A DNA stretch of 64,000 nt from an uncultured Pseudomonadota bacterium. Lineage in GTDB: Bacteria; Oederibacteriota; Muellerivitia; Muellerivitales; Muellerivitaceae. Of this stretch, positions 11,665 through 20,617 are shown piece by piece. The position numbers and the translations under genes are program-made. The stretch lies in NCBI GenBank assembly GCA_963836235.1, contig CAWIIP010000005.1:64001-128000 (forward strand). The letters are read 5' to 3'. The notes below the pieces were generated by a model. The model made no database searches. It was not told the origin of the DNA and saw nothing but the letters and a program-made list of their open reading frames with translations. How positions within the stretch are numbered: position 1 is the stretch's first letter; the number at the start of each line of letters is the position of its first letter.

Positions 11665-12378
11665 ATGGGTTCGGTTAAAAAATGGGATGGTCAGCGCGAA
11701 ACCCTGGATGATCTTTCCGAAGCCACCCATTACAACGAATGGATTTACAAGATACTGAAGCCTTATGTTGGAACCCGCATTTTGGAGATCGGTTGTGGAA
11801 CCGGAAACCTGACGGGATACCTCCAAAAGCACGGCCCAGTTTTGGCAGTGGATTTTCACGCCGGGTATCTTCAGACGGCTCAAAAAAAGCTCAAGTTTCT
11901 TTCCGGCATAACTTATAAAAAAATTGATCTCGAAAAAAGTCTGACTTCCTTGCGCGCCTTTCATCCCGACACTCTCATTTGCGTTAATGTTTTAGAACAT
12001 CTCTCAAACGATCAGCAAGTTTTAAATCGATGTTTCCGCCTTCTGCCACCCGGCGGAAGACTTTTATTATTCGTCCCCGCTTTCCAATTTCTTTTCGGCA
12101 CCATGGACCTAAGTTACGGCCATTTCCGCCGCTATTCCCTTTCGGAGCTGAGGAATAAGATGGAAAGGACGGGATTCCAAGTCGACTATTGCCGTTACTT
12201 AAACTTATTGGGTGTTTTGGGTTGGTGGCTGAACGGAAAAATTCTCAAAAAGAAAATCATTCCCAAGTCACAGATGCTTCTTTACAACAAAGTAGTCCGG
12301 TACTCCTCAAAAATAGAAAAATTTCTTCCAAAACCATTAGGGCTTTCCCTTTTTTGCGTCGGCCAAAGGCCTAAGTGA
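11665..12378 (+). CDS. Class I SAM-dependent methyltransferase
   Basis: ILEIGCGTG, NVLEH, VPA...D..YGHFRRY; glycosylation-cluster type. Confidence 0.88.
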   Translation: MGSVKKWDGQRETLDDLSEATHYNEWIYKILKPYVGTRILEIGCGTGNLTGYLQKHGPVLAVDFHAGYLQTAQKKLKFLSGITYKKIDLEKSLTSLRAFHPDTLICVNVLEHLSNDQQVLNRCFRLLPPGGRLLLFVPAFQFLFGTMDLSYGHFRRYSLSELRNKMERTGFQVDYCRYLNLLGVLGWWLNGKILKKKIIPKSQMLLYNKVVRYSSKIEKFLPKPLGLSLFCVGQRPK

Positions 12379-12475
12379 TTCCCTGGAAGAAAATTCGTTT
12401 TTATTTGCTCGTTGAATATTAATCTTATACAGTGAGGGCTAGCATTTCCTGACATATTACGCGCCTGGAAAAAAA

Positions 12476-13180
12476 ATGGTTTTTCAAAAACCTCGATCCT
12501 TATCCATCATTGTTCCCGTTTATAACGAAGAAAAAACCCTTCTCCAACTTTTAAAAAAAGTCCAGGCGGTTAAACTTTTGGGGCTCAAAAAGCAAATTAT
12601 TATTGTCAACGACGGCTCTACCGATAAAACTCCCCAAATTCTTAAAACCCTTAAGATTCCCGGCGGCAAGATCCTCCAACACGATAAAAACCGGGGTAAA
12701 GGTGCCGCCATCCGGACGGCCATTCCCCATACCACAGGCGACATCGTTATTATTCAGGACGCGGACCTTGAATATGACCCTTCCGACTACAAAACCGTCT
12801 TAGCCCCAATTTTGGACGGGTCAGCGGACGTCGTTTACGGTTCCCGCTTCAAGGGCATCCATCGGGCGTTTCTTTTCTGGCATTACGTTGGAAATAAATT
12901 TTTGACCTTTTTGACAAACCTCTTATATGACACTGTTTTGACCGACATGGAAACCTGTTACAAAGCCTTCCGAGGTGAAATTATCCGTTCCTTGCGATTA
13001 CGATCGAATCGTTTTGATTTCGAGCCTGAAGTCACCGCCAAAGTCCTGAAGCGCGGATGCAAACTTTTCGAGGTCCCGATTTCGTTTCGCGGACGTGGGT
13101 TTGAGGAAGGTAAGAAAATCACCTGGCGAGACGGTGTTGTGGCACTATATTGCCTTATTCGTTACCGCTTCTTGGATTGA
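12476..13180 (+). CDS. GT2 glycosyltransferase, DPM/polyprenol-phosphate sugar synthase-like
   Basis: IVPVYNE, NDGSTD, NRGKGAA, IQDADLEYDP, VYGSRF, TDMETCYK, GKKITWRDG. Confidence 0.9.
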   Translation: MVFQKPRSLSIIVPVYNEEKTLLQLLKKVQAVKLLGLKKQIIIVNDGSTDKTPQILKTLKIPGGKILQHDKNRGKGAAIRTAIPHTTGDIVIIQDADLEYDPSDYKTVLAPILDGSADVVYGSRFKGIHRAFLFWHYVGNKFLTFLTNLLYDTVLTDMETCYKAFRGEIIRSLRLRSNRFDFEPEVTAKVLKRGCKLFEVPISFRGRGFEEGKKITWRDGVVALYCLIRYRFLD

Positions 13181-13380
13181 TCGTCTCCCCCCCATTAGAA
13201 GATTTCGAGCCATTTCAAAAGCCCTGAATACAAGGGTTTTGCCTTCTTTTAAAGGTTCCTAATTTCCCTGTTAAAAAAACCTTTACAAGCTCATTTTGCG
13301 GGCAAAAACTCCTGTAAACATGTTATCTTTACTTCTCTTTCGACCGACCGCCGTGATTCAACTATGGAGCGAGGAAAATC

Positions 13381-14385
13381 ATGCCAAAAATTTCAAGGAA
13401 AAAAAGCTCACTCAAAAGCAAATCTGCGGCCAAACGAACCCCGCGCAAAGGATCAAGAAAAATATTATTCCTTTTCGTGATTTTGGGATTATTTATATCG
13501 GCAGATTTGATTTCGGTACTCTACAACAAATCCAACGAGGCCAAGATAATCACCGTTCAGAAAATTCAGGAATTCACCGGTGACAGCCAAGCTTCCGGAG
13601 CTTTCAAAGGCTGGGATATTTTAGCCCTTCCAAACGCCATAGCCCTGACGGACCAAGGCCAAAGCCGGATTCTCCTATTTGACCGACAGGGAAAATTTCT
13701 GAGTAAAATCGACCAAGACCAATCCGGCCCTCCTCCCTTCAAAGAACCTTCCTGTCTGACCGCCGATTCAAATGGAAATCTTTATGTAATGGATACCTGG
13801 AACACCATGATCCGCGGTTTCAACACCAAAGGAGATTCCATCCTCAAGCTTGACCTAAGCGCCAAAAGTTTTTATGGTCCCCGGGGTTTGGCTTGGGATA
13901 ACAACGCTTTCGTAATCGCCGATACCGGCAGTCATCGCGTCGCAAAGGTTTCACCGGATGGAACGGTCTCCGGGGCTTGGGGGAGCCGAGGGTCAGGCAA
14001 AGTCATGTTTAACAACCCTTATGAAGTCGCCACCGATGGCCACAGTAATTATTATGTGGTTGACCGGGATAATAACCGGATCGAAGTTCTTGATTCACAA
14101 GGCCGGTTTGTCCGCGAAATTCGCATTGGCGCTCCCCCAACGGCCGAAGCCATTGATCCAGAGCGCAAACTGCTTTATGTCTCTTCCATGGACGGACAGT
14201 TTGTTAAGGTTTTCGACTTGGATGGCAAATTCATTGGCAGCGTCTCTGAATTAGGTCAAAAGGGACAGCCCTTGACGGGAATCAACGCCCTCAGTGTTTT
14301 CCCGGATGGAGATATTTTGGCCCTTCGTGACGGAAGCCGGGTCCAAATTTACCACACTGTTCCCACACCCGAAAAGACACAATAG
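13381..14385 (+). CDS. Membrane-anchored NHL-repeat beta-propeller protein
   Basis: Basic N-tail, one TM, NHL repeats FKEPS, FYGPRGLA..ADTGSHRV, FNNPY..DRDNNRI. Confidence 0.85.
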   Translation: MPKISRKKSSLKSKSAAKRTPRKGSRKILFLFVILGLFISADLISVLYNKSNEAKIITVQKIQEFTGDSQASGAFKGWDILALPNAIALTDQGQSRILLFDRQGKFLSKIDQDQSGPPPFKEPSCLTADSNGNLYVMDTWNTMIRGFNTKGDSILKLDLSAKSFYGPRGLAWDNNAFVIADTGSHRVAKVSPDGTVSGAWGSRGSGKVMFNNPYEVATDGHSNYYVVDRDNNRIEVLDSQGRFVREIRIGAPPTAEAIDPERKLLYVSSMDGQFVKVFDLDGKFIGSVSELGQKGQPLTGINALSVFPDGDILALRDGSRVQIYHTVPTPEKTQ

Positions 14386-14548
14386 AGATTCTTAGCATGC
14401 TTGTCTTACCCTATGGAAAACCCTTGATCAGAATGTATCTGCCTAAACAATCTGTACTTTGCATTTTACAAAGTTGTCTATTGAATTCGAAAAGTTTGTT
14501 CTTCGATTTTTTTAATTCTTCATTAAATTTATCCCAAGAAAGTACACT

Positions 14549-15673
14549 GTGAGCTTTTTCAAGCAAGATTGCAAACACTTCACTGGTGAGAAACCTTGTG
14601 CCCCCCACAAGGCCGAAGGCGTAGTCTGCCAGGACTGCCCTCGGTATGACTCCGTCAAGGAGCGGGTTTTAATCATCAAATTGGATGCTGCGGGGGACGT
14701 TTTGCGCTCCACTTCTATCCTCCCCGCCTTCAAAACCGGCAACCCAGGGCTTTCAGTCTGGTGGGTGACGGAAAACTCCTCAAAACCTCTTTTGGAAAAA
14801 AATCCCTATATCGATGTCCTTTTGGGAATCGACTCTGTTCTTCCAAGCCTTCTTTCCACCGTTTCTTTCGGCCGCGCCTTCAATTTCGATATGGGTCGAA
14901 AAGCCGCGGCCATTTTGGCCATGGCCAACAGCCAAGACAAAAAAGGTTTTGGCCTTTCCCCGGAAGGTTCCGTTATTCCCCTGGAAAAGTCGGCCGAAAC
15001 CTGGTTTGAGATGGGCATTTTCGACACCATTAAGCGCGCCAACCAAAGAACTTACCAGGACCACTTATTCCAACTAGGTGGATTTAAATACCGGGGTGAA
15101 AAACCTCAATTGATCCTGACATCCAAGGAAAAAGAATGGGCCCAGGCTTTTGCCAAGAAAAACAAGCTTTCCAAGTTCAAAAAGATTGTGGGCCTCAACA
15201 TTGGATCAGGCGGACGTTGGCCCATGAAACGCTGGCGTTTGGACGGGTTTGAGTGGCTGGCTAAGGCGCTAAAGAAAAAACAGCCACAAGCCGGCATCCT
15301 GCTCTATGGCGGTCCGGAAGAAAAAAACTTGATGCCGGACCTCGCCAAAAAACTAAAAGGCCTTTGCCTGCCGACGGGCACGGAAAACACACTCCGCCAA
15401 TTTGCTTCCCTAGTGGGTTTGGTTGACGTTCTGGTGACGGGCGACACCCTGGCCTTGCACGTGGCGGTAGCCTTGCAAAAGCGGCTCGTGGCTTATTTTG
15501 GTCCCACTTCGGATACTGAAATCGACCTTTATGAAAGTGGGGAAAAAGTGCTTCCCGTCTCTCCTTGCCAATGTTATTACCAGAGTCAATGCACCGTGAA
15601 GATTTCCTGTATGGACAACTTGAAGGAAAAAGACATGCTGGCGGCGGTTTTAAGGCAACTAAAACAAAGCTAA
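14549..15673 (+). CDS. GT9 glycosyltransferase (heptosyltransferase-like)
   Basis: IIKL.A.GDVLRS, NPYID, KRW, VTGDT..LHVA.A, FGPT; Cys-rich N- and C-termini. Confidence 0.88.
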   Translation: MSFFKQDCKHFTGEKPCAPHKAEGVVCQDCPRYDSVKERVLIIKLDAAGDVLRSTSILPAFKTGNPGLSVWWVTENSSKPLLEKNPYIDVLLGIDSVLPSLLSTVSFGRAFNFDMGRKAAAILAMANSQDKKGFGLSPEGSVIPLEKSAETWFEMGIFDTIKRANQRTYQDHLFQLGGFKYRGEKPQLILTSKEKEWAQAFAKKNKLSKFKKIVGLNIGSGGRWPMKRWRLDGFEWLAKALKKKQPQAGILLYGGPEEKNLMPDLAKKLKGLCLPTGTENTLRQFASLVGLVDVLVTGDTLALHVAVALQKRLVAYFGPTSDTEIDLYESGEKVLPVSPCQCYYQSQCTVKISCMDNLKEKDMLAAVLRQLKQS

Positions 15674-15708
15674 ATACGAATTTCAGATCATTGAGAGCGA
15701 CTCCGCCA

Positions 15709-16437
15709 ATGAAGCTACTAAAAACCGTCATTATGGTTCCCACCTACAACGAAAGGGCCAATATTGCCGAATTGGTCAAACTGCTTCATAAAAGCGTTCC
15801 ACAGGCTGAAATTTTGGTCGTTGACGACTCGTCTCCCGACGAAACTTTCACGGAAGTTAAAAAATTAATGAAGAGAGACAAAAAGCTGCATTTGCTATTA
15901 AGGGATCGATCCATCAAAGGCAGAGGCTGGGCTGGTCGGGATGGATTTATGAAAGGTCTTTTAATGGGGGCTGACGCTATAGTGGAAATGGACGCCGACT
16001 TGTCCCATCAGCCGAAATTTATCCCTGCTATGTTGAAGCCCCTTCTTATCAAGGAAGCGGATGTCGTCATCGGGAGCCGTTATATGGAGGGCGGTAAAGA
16101 TATGGATCGCCCCTTTCACCGCCAATGGACCAGCAATTTTGCCCGCTATTATTTGAAATTTTTCTTGGGTTTAAGCCCGAAGGATCCTACTTCCGGATTC
16201 CGTGTTTTTTCAAAAGAAGCTCTTAGAAAAATCAAGGTTGAAACCCTAACAGCCCGCGATCCCTTCACGGTTTCTGAAATCTTGTACCGTTGTTCACGGG
16301 CGAAATTGAGGATAAAAGAAGTCCCGATTGAATTTATCGACCGGACCCGGGGCGAATCCAAATTACACCTTACTACTCTTTTAAAATACCTGGGCCGAGC
16401 CCTCTTACTCAGGCTTGGCCCTAATCCTCTCAACTGA
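15709..16437 (+). CDS. Polyprenol monophosphomannose synthase-like GT2 (Ppm1/Dpm1 type)
   Basis: Start ATG 15709; VPTYNER.NI, VVDDSSPD, EMDADLSHQP, IGSRY..GG, DPTSGFR, EVPI.F.DR..GESK. Confidence 0.88.
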   Translation: MKLLKTVIMVPTYNERANIAELVKLLHKSVPQAEILVVDDSSPDETFTEVKKLMKRDKKLHLLLRDRSIKGRGWAGRDGFMKGLLMGADAIVEMDADLSHQPKFIPAMLKPLLIKEADVVIGSRYMEGGKDMDRPFHRQWTSNFARYYLKFFLGLSPKDPTSGFRVFSKEALRKIKVETLTARDPFTVSEILYRCSRAKLRIKEVPIEFIDRTRGESKLHLTTLLKYLGRALLLRLGPNPLN

Positions 16438-16519
16438 TAAAACCAATCTTTAATTCCGTCAGGTAAAAAAATAAAGCAAAATTGTAGAAATAAAATTTTT
16501 CGTTTAAGTGCTGAAAATT

Positions 16520-17239
16520 TTATTTCTTGGCGGCGACATAATACTGAGCGCCCAAAGGAAGCCAGCTGAGGCCCCGATCAAACGAGCGGAAAAGACCGCC
16601 TCGAAAAGGAGTGAATAAAATATATTTCTTTTCAACGACCTCCACTGGCGCCTGCCCCATAAGTTTTTCCACCTGTCTCGTCCTCAAAAGAATGGCATCG
16701 TCATCCATATCACAGTTAGAAACCGCGATTTGAGTAAGGGGATTCCAGGGATTGTGCTCAAAAATGGCGATCAATCCCCCTTTTTTTGTCACCCGGGCCA
16801 TCTCACTAACAAATTGGCTCAGTCCATCCGGCATCACGTGATGCATAACGCAAATGGCAAAGGTGATATCCATGGATTGGGAAGGATAAGGAAGGATTTT
16901 CCCAGCGTAATGGCGGTAAGACCCTTGGGAATTCAATGCGGCAGCTTTCTGAACAACTCCCCGGCTTAAATCCACGCCATAAAGTTTACGGAAATACCTG
17001 ATTAAATAATAATCGGTGATCCCCACCCCACAGCCGACATCCAAAATTTTCAGTTTCGAGGGATCGCCTACATGCCGGCGCGTTAAATCCAGAAGATAGT
17101 CCGCTTTGACTTGGGTAAAAAAATCCAAATCCTGGCCGATAAATGATATTGACTCTTGGATTTCCTGACGATAAGTGTCTTTATAACGCTCAAATTCGAC
17201 TCGAGATGGAATGTCTAATTTAAAACGTTTGGAATTCAT
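16520..17239 (-). CDS. Class I SAM-dependent methyltransferase
   Basis: ILDVGCGVG, CVMHH, FEHNPWNPLT, LPLGAQY. Confidence 0.88.
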   Translation of the reverse strand: MNSKRFKLDIPSRVEFERYKDTYRQEIQESISFIGQDLDFFTQVKADYLLDLTRRHVGDPSKLKILDVGCGVGITDYYLIRYFRKLYGVDLSRGVVQKAAALNSQGSYRHYAGKILPYPSQSMDITFAICVMHHVMPDGLSQFVSEMARVTKKGGLIAIFEHNPWNPLTQIAVSNCDMDDDAILLRTRQVEKLMGQAPVEVVEKKYILFTPFRGGLFRSFDRGLSWLPLGAQYYVAAKK

Positions 17240-17456
17240 GCATTTTCCAATTTTAAGCGTTATTGAAATACTCGATGGGTATTTTAAACTGGGATAAGTT
17301 TATCATAACTACTTTAGGATCCAGGCAAAATTTCAAAACCGCTTTCTCAAAAACTCACCCGGTATTTTGAAAGTTTTCTCTATCCCGCGCCCATGGAAAA
17401 GAAGGCTCTATCAATTAACCGTGACTTCCTCCTTTTTTACTTTACTAAAAGTCATT

Positions 17457-17940
17457 TCAAAAACTTTTAAAGAACAATAGGTACATAGAACCACCATAGG
17501 TCTTCAATACCCGGTCATAGCGCACCAAGACACTCGGGAAATTGGCAATCAGCTGATAATTTGTTCCGCAACCACAGTTTCCGATACCGTTTGAGCATCT
17601 ATCCTGGTCGATAACCTTCCGGTTGTTGCGTCGGACCAGAATAATGGGTTGAATGCGCCTCCTCTTTAGAAGCTTTCGGACTTTATTGAAGTCGCATCCC
17701 CAGTCAGCGATCAGCCTTTCAGGTTTTCTCTCTACCACTTGGACTATCCAAGGTCACTTCCAGAAGCTTCACTTCCGACAGGGACGCTGAGTCCCGATAT
17801 GTTCGTAATGGAGCATCCGCGTCATCGACCAGAACCATACATTTTGTTCCTTTCCCCCTCTTGGTTTTCCTGATTTTAAAACACATTTTTTAGCCCGGAA
17901 AAAGGATCCGTCAAGGAAGCACTCAAATCCGTCCCGAATT
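17457..17940 (-). mobile_element. Degenerate IS5-family transposase remnant
   Basis: Minus-strand fragments in different frames: ECFLDGSFFRAKK, KTKRGKGTKCMVLVD, PERLIAD.G.D...LL.RR.IQP, and L.VRYDR, matching IS5 DDE motifs; frameshifted and truncated. Confidence 0.72.
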
Positions 17941-18119
17941 GGTAGCCGCCTCTTTGAATGGATAGATTAAATTCTTGATGTGATTTTTCTACCAAGACAT
18001 GGTAAGAAAAGACGAAACGTATCATCCTCTACCCAAGGTTTTGACAAACAAAAGTCCTAAAATTGATACCTCAACCCAAAACATTAAACAGCAAATATCC
18101 TGAGCGCCCCAACCAATAA

Positions 18120-20102
18120 TCATTTCGAAGTTTGGCTTTCAAAAGGAATTAGCTTTTGATGGATAAGTTCATGGGCAAATATGGTCCCCAGCAAAGTATG
18201 CCCATTATGGTTGAAATGATAAATACCGCCGTGCTCTGCGGTGGGATAGGAGCTCGCTTTCAAAACGGACATTTGATCCGTCAGATCCATGAACGAAAGA
18301 CCACTTCTCGCGCAAACGTCTTTCCAGAAAAGACGGTAAGGTTCGTTAGGATATTCCGAATCACCAATATTTCCAATTGGAAGAAACCAAAGTCCAAACA
18401 TCATTGGTTTCCCATCCTTCGTTTTCATCTTTTCAATCTTTTTTCCTAATAAAACCGATGGTTTGCCGACCAATTGAATCAAATCCTCCCGAACATCCCC
18501 ATCTCCCAACATCTGGTCCATTGGGACAAAGGTTTCAAGATTGCCGGCCTTACCGAAATGATTTTCGATACACCGATGGTAAAAATCCTTTAAGACAGGG
18601 CTTTCTTCCGCTCGCTGGTCCAACGGTTTCAAAAAAAATTCCGTGTCCACGTTTTCACCCGGAATCCCATCCTTCGTTAAAGGGCTAAAAAAATACGGTT
18701 TGTACTGATCCTCCGTGGAAGGCGTCATCACCAAAAGACAAAGATCGATGTCGTAGGTCTGGAGAACAGGTGGAACTTCATAATAGGGCCACAAACCTAG
18801 AAAAAAGGTTCCGTCACGCCCTAAGCTCAATACCTGGAAGTGAACCGGAACATCCTCCAGGGCTCCCCAAGTGTTCAACATCTGCTCAAGCCGTTTGGGA
18901 AATGTTTCCATTCGGTTGTAACCCCAATCCCATCTTTTTTTATATTCATCACTATTGGTATGAACAGTATGGGAATCCCCGACGATAAGGATCCGAAAAG
19001 TATTAGGGGGTTTTGCGGCGGGAAAATCAAAATCCGTAATGCCTCCCGCCGTTCTTCGATCCCATACAAAATCGGTGTCCTTGTACTTGTCAAAACGGTA
19101 ATCCCGAAGACTGAAAATCACATTGCGGTTGGACATTGAAACAAAAAACCGCTTAGGATCCGCCGGATCGGCGACAAAACCTGGCAAGTAAGGTATGTAG
19201 TTCATCAAAACCGAGAGGTCGGGTTCACCTTTGTCTTGAATAAAGTCTCCCCAGACCGACATCATTTTAAGCGGACCGGCTTCGTTGGCGGGGGCGATTT
19301 GTACCCAATCGTTACCCTGACCCCAAGGCAATCCGTACAAAACGTCACCGGAAGAGGCTATAGCAGATATTGGGGTCACGCTTTTACCGACCATCGAAAT
19401 TGCGACTTGGGCGGTTAGGGTTCCAGCGCCGGGTTCCAATTCATATACCGCATTCGATACTCCGTCACCGACACAAACATGATTTCCGTAAACACATATT
19501 CCCCAAGGATGCGTCATTTCCAACCGGCCTTGGACAACGTTTGAAAACAACTGTTTTTCCATATCTAGTTTCGAAACTATTCCTTCACCGCTCCGGGTAA
19601 AATAAATAGAATTTTCCTCGGGAAAAAAAATCATGTCGCCCACGTCTGCGATGGTATCTAACACACTGCCATCAGAAGTCTTAGGATGAAGCGTTGACAC
19701 CATTTGCGTGTTCAAATTGACAAGGCGGAGACGGCCCTGATCGTAAACTACCAACTGGTTCGTTGGCAAGAAGACTAAAAGACTAGGTTTGTTAAAAGTA
19801 GTTTTTGGAAAAGAACCATCTTTGTTGCCCCTTATGGATGAACCCGCAAGCGTTTGGACTTCATTATTCTTGTCCAATCCGACAACCCGAATTCGGTGAT
19901 TTTCAGCATCAGCTACAAAAAGTCGGGTTCCCTTTGCGTCAACCGCGAGGCCTTGTGGCGTGTCGAATAAAGCCGAAATAAACGAGCCGTCACGGAACCC
20001 CCTTGCCCCCTGTCCGGCAACAAGATCGTTATACTCCACCATGGGCGTTATTCCCCACAGTTTCGGGGAAAGTATTAGAAATAAAAAAATTATTTTTTTC
20101 AA
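18120..20102 (-). CDS. Secreted NHL-repeat plus SGNH/GDSL-like domain protein
   Basis: Likely TTG start at 20102 giving signal peptide MKKIIFLFLILSPKLWG; GFRDG...FDTPQGLA..ADAENHRIR (NHL); RILIVGDSHT and HFNHNGH (SGNH blocks I and V). Confidence 0.7.
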   Translation of the reverse strand: MKKIIFLFLILSPKLWGITPMVEYNDLVAGQGARGFRDGSFISALFDTPQGLAVDAKGTRLFVADAENHRIRVVGLDKNNEVQTLAGSSIRGNKDGSFPKTTFNKPSLLVFLPTNQLVVYDQGRLRLVNLNTQMVSTLHPKTSDGSVLDTIADVGDMIFFPEENSIYFTRSGEGIVSKLDMEKQLFSNVVQGRLEMTHPWGICVYGNHVCVGDGVSNAVYELEPGAGTLTAQVAISMVGKSVTPISAIASSGDVLYGLPWGQGNDWVQIAPANEAGPLKMMSVWGDFIQDKGEPDLSVLMNYIPYLPGFVADPADPKRFFVSMSNRNVIFSLRDYRFDKYKDTDFVWDRRTAGGITDFDFPAAKPPNTFRILIVGDSHTVHTNSDEYKKRWDWGYNRMETFPKRLEQMLNTWGALEDVPVHFQVLSLGRDGTFFLGLWPYYEVPPVLQTYDIDLCLLVMTPSTEDQYKPYFFSPLTKDGIPGENVDTEFFLKPLDQRAEESPVLKDFYHRCIENHFGKAGNLETFVPMDQMLGDGDVREDLIQLVGKPSVLLGKKIEKMKTKDGKPMMFGLWFLPIGNIGDSEYPNEPYRLFWKDVCARSGLSFMDLTDQMSVLKASSYPTAEHGGIYHFNHNGHTLLGTIFAHELIHQKLIPFESQTSK

Positions 20103-20617
20103 AGTCCGCCTTATTGTGCAGGATTTCCGAAATGACCTTTCATCGACGCGAAATACGTTTACCAATTACAACACACCCTTCCTGCCCTACCACTCTATGC
20201 TACCTGATCGTGTTTATGACCATTCGACATATCAGGAAGTCGATGCTCACTAGTTTGGTATCGTCATATTTTTAAGAAGCCAGGAAATCGAAGATCAATT
20301 GACGGCTAAATTCTTTCGTCTTTCATTGCGCATTCCCCTGAATTCAATCAGCCAGAAGGCGGTTTCCAATCAACTCTTTCAAACAACACTTTTTCCAACT
20401 CATAATGGTTGTCAACCCGTCATAAGTAGGATTTACCCTCATTAAGCTTCATTTTAAAAACCCATCAAAAACCTCTGAAGATTCCTTTCGCCAGTTTATC
20501 CGTTGTTTTTTCTCCGGTAGTCTCCAAAGTGAAAGATGTCGCAACCATCATGCGAAAGATGTTCTATTTACTTTAAATAAATTTCATCTGAAAAACCCGA
20601 AATCGAAGCCTCTTAAC

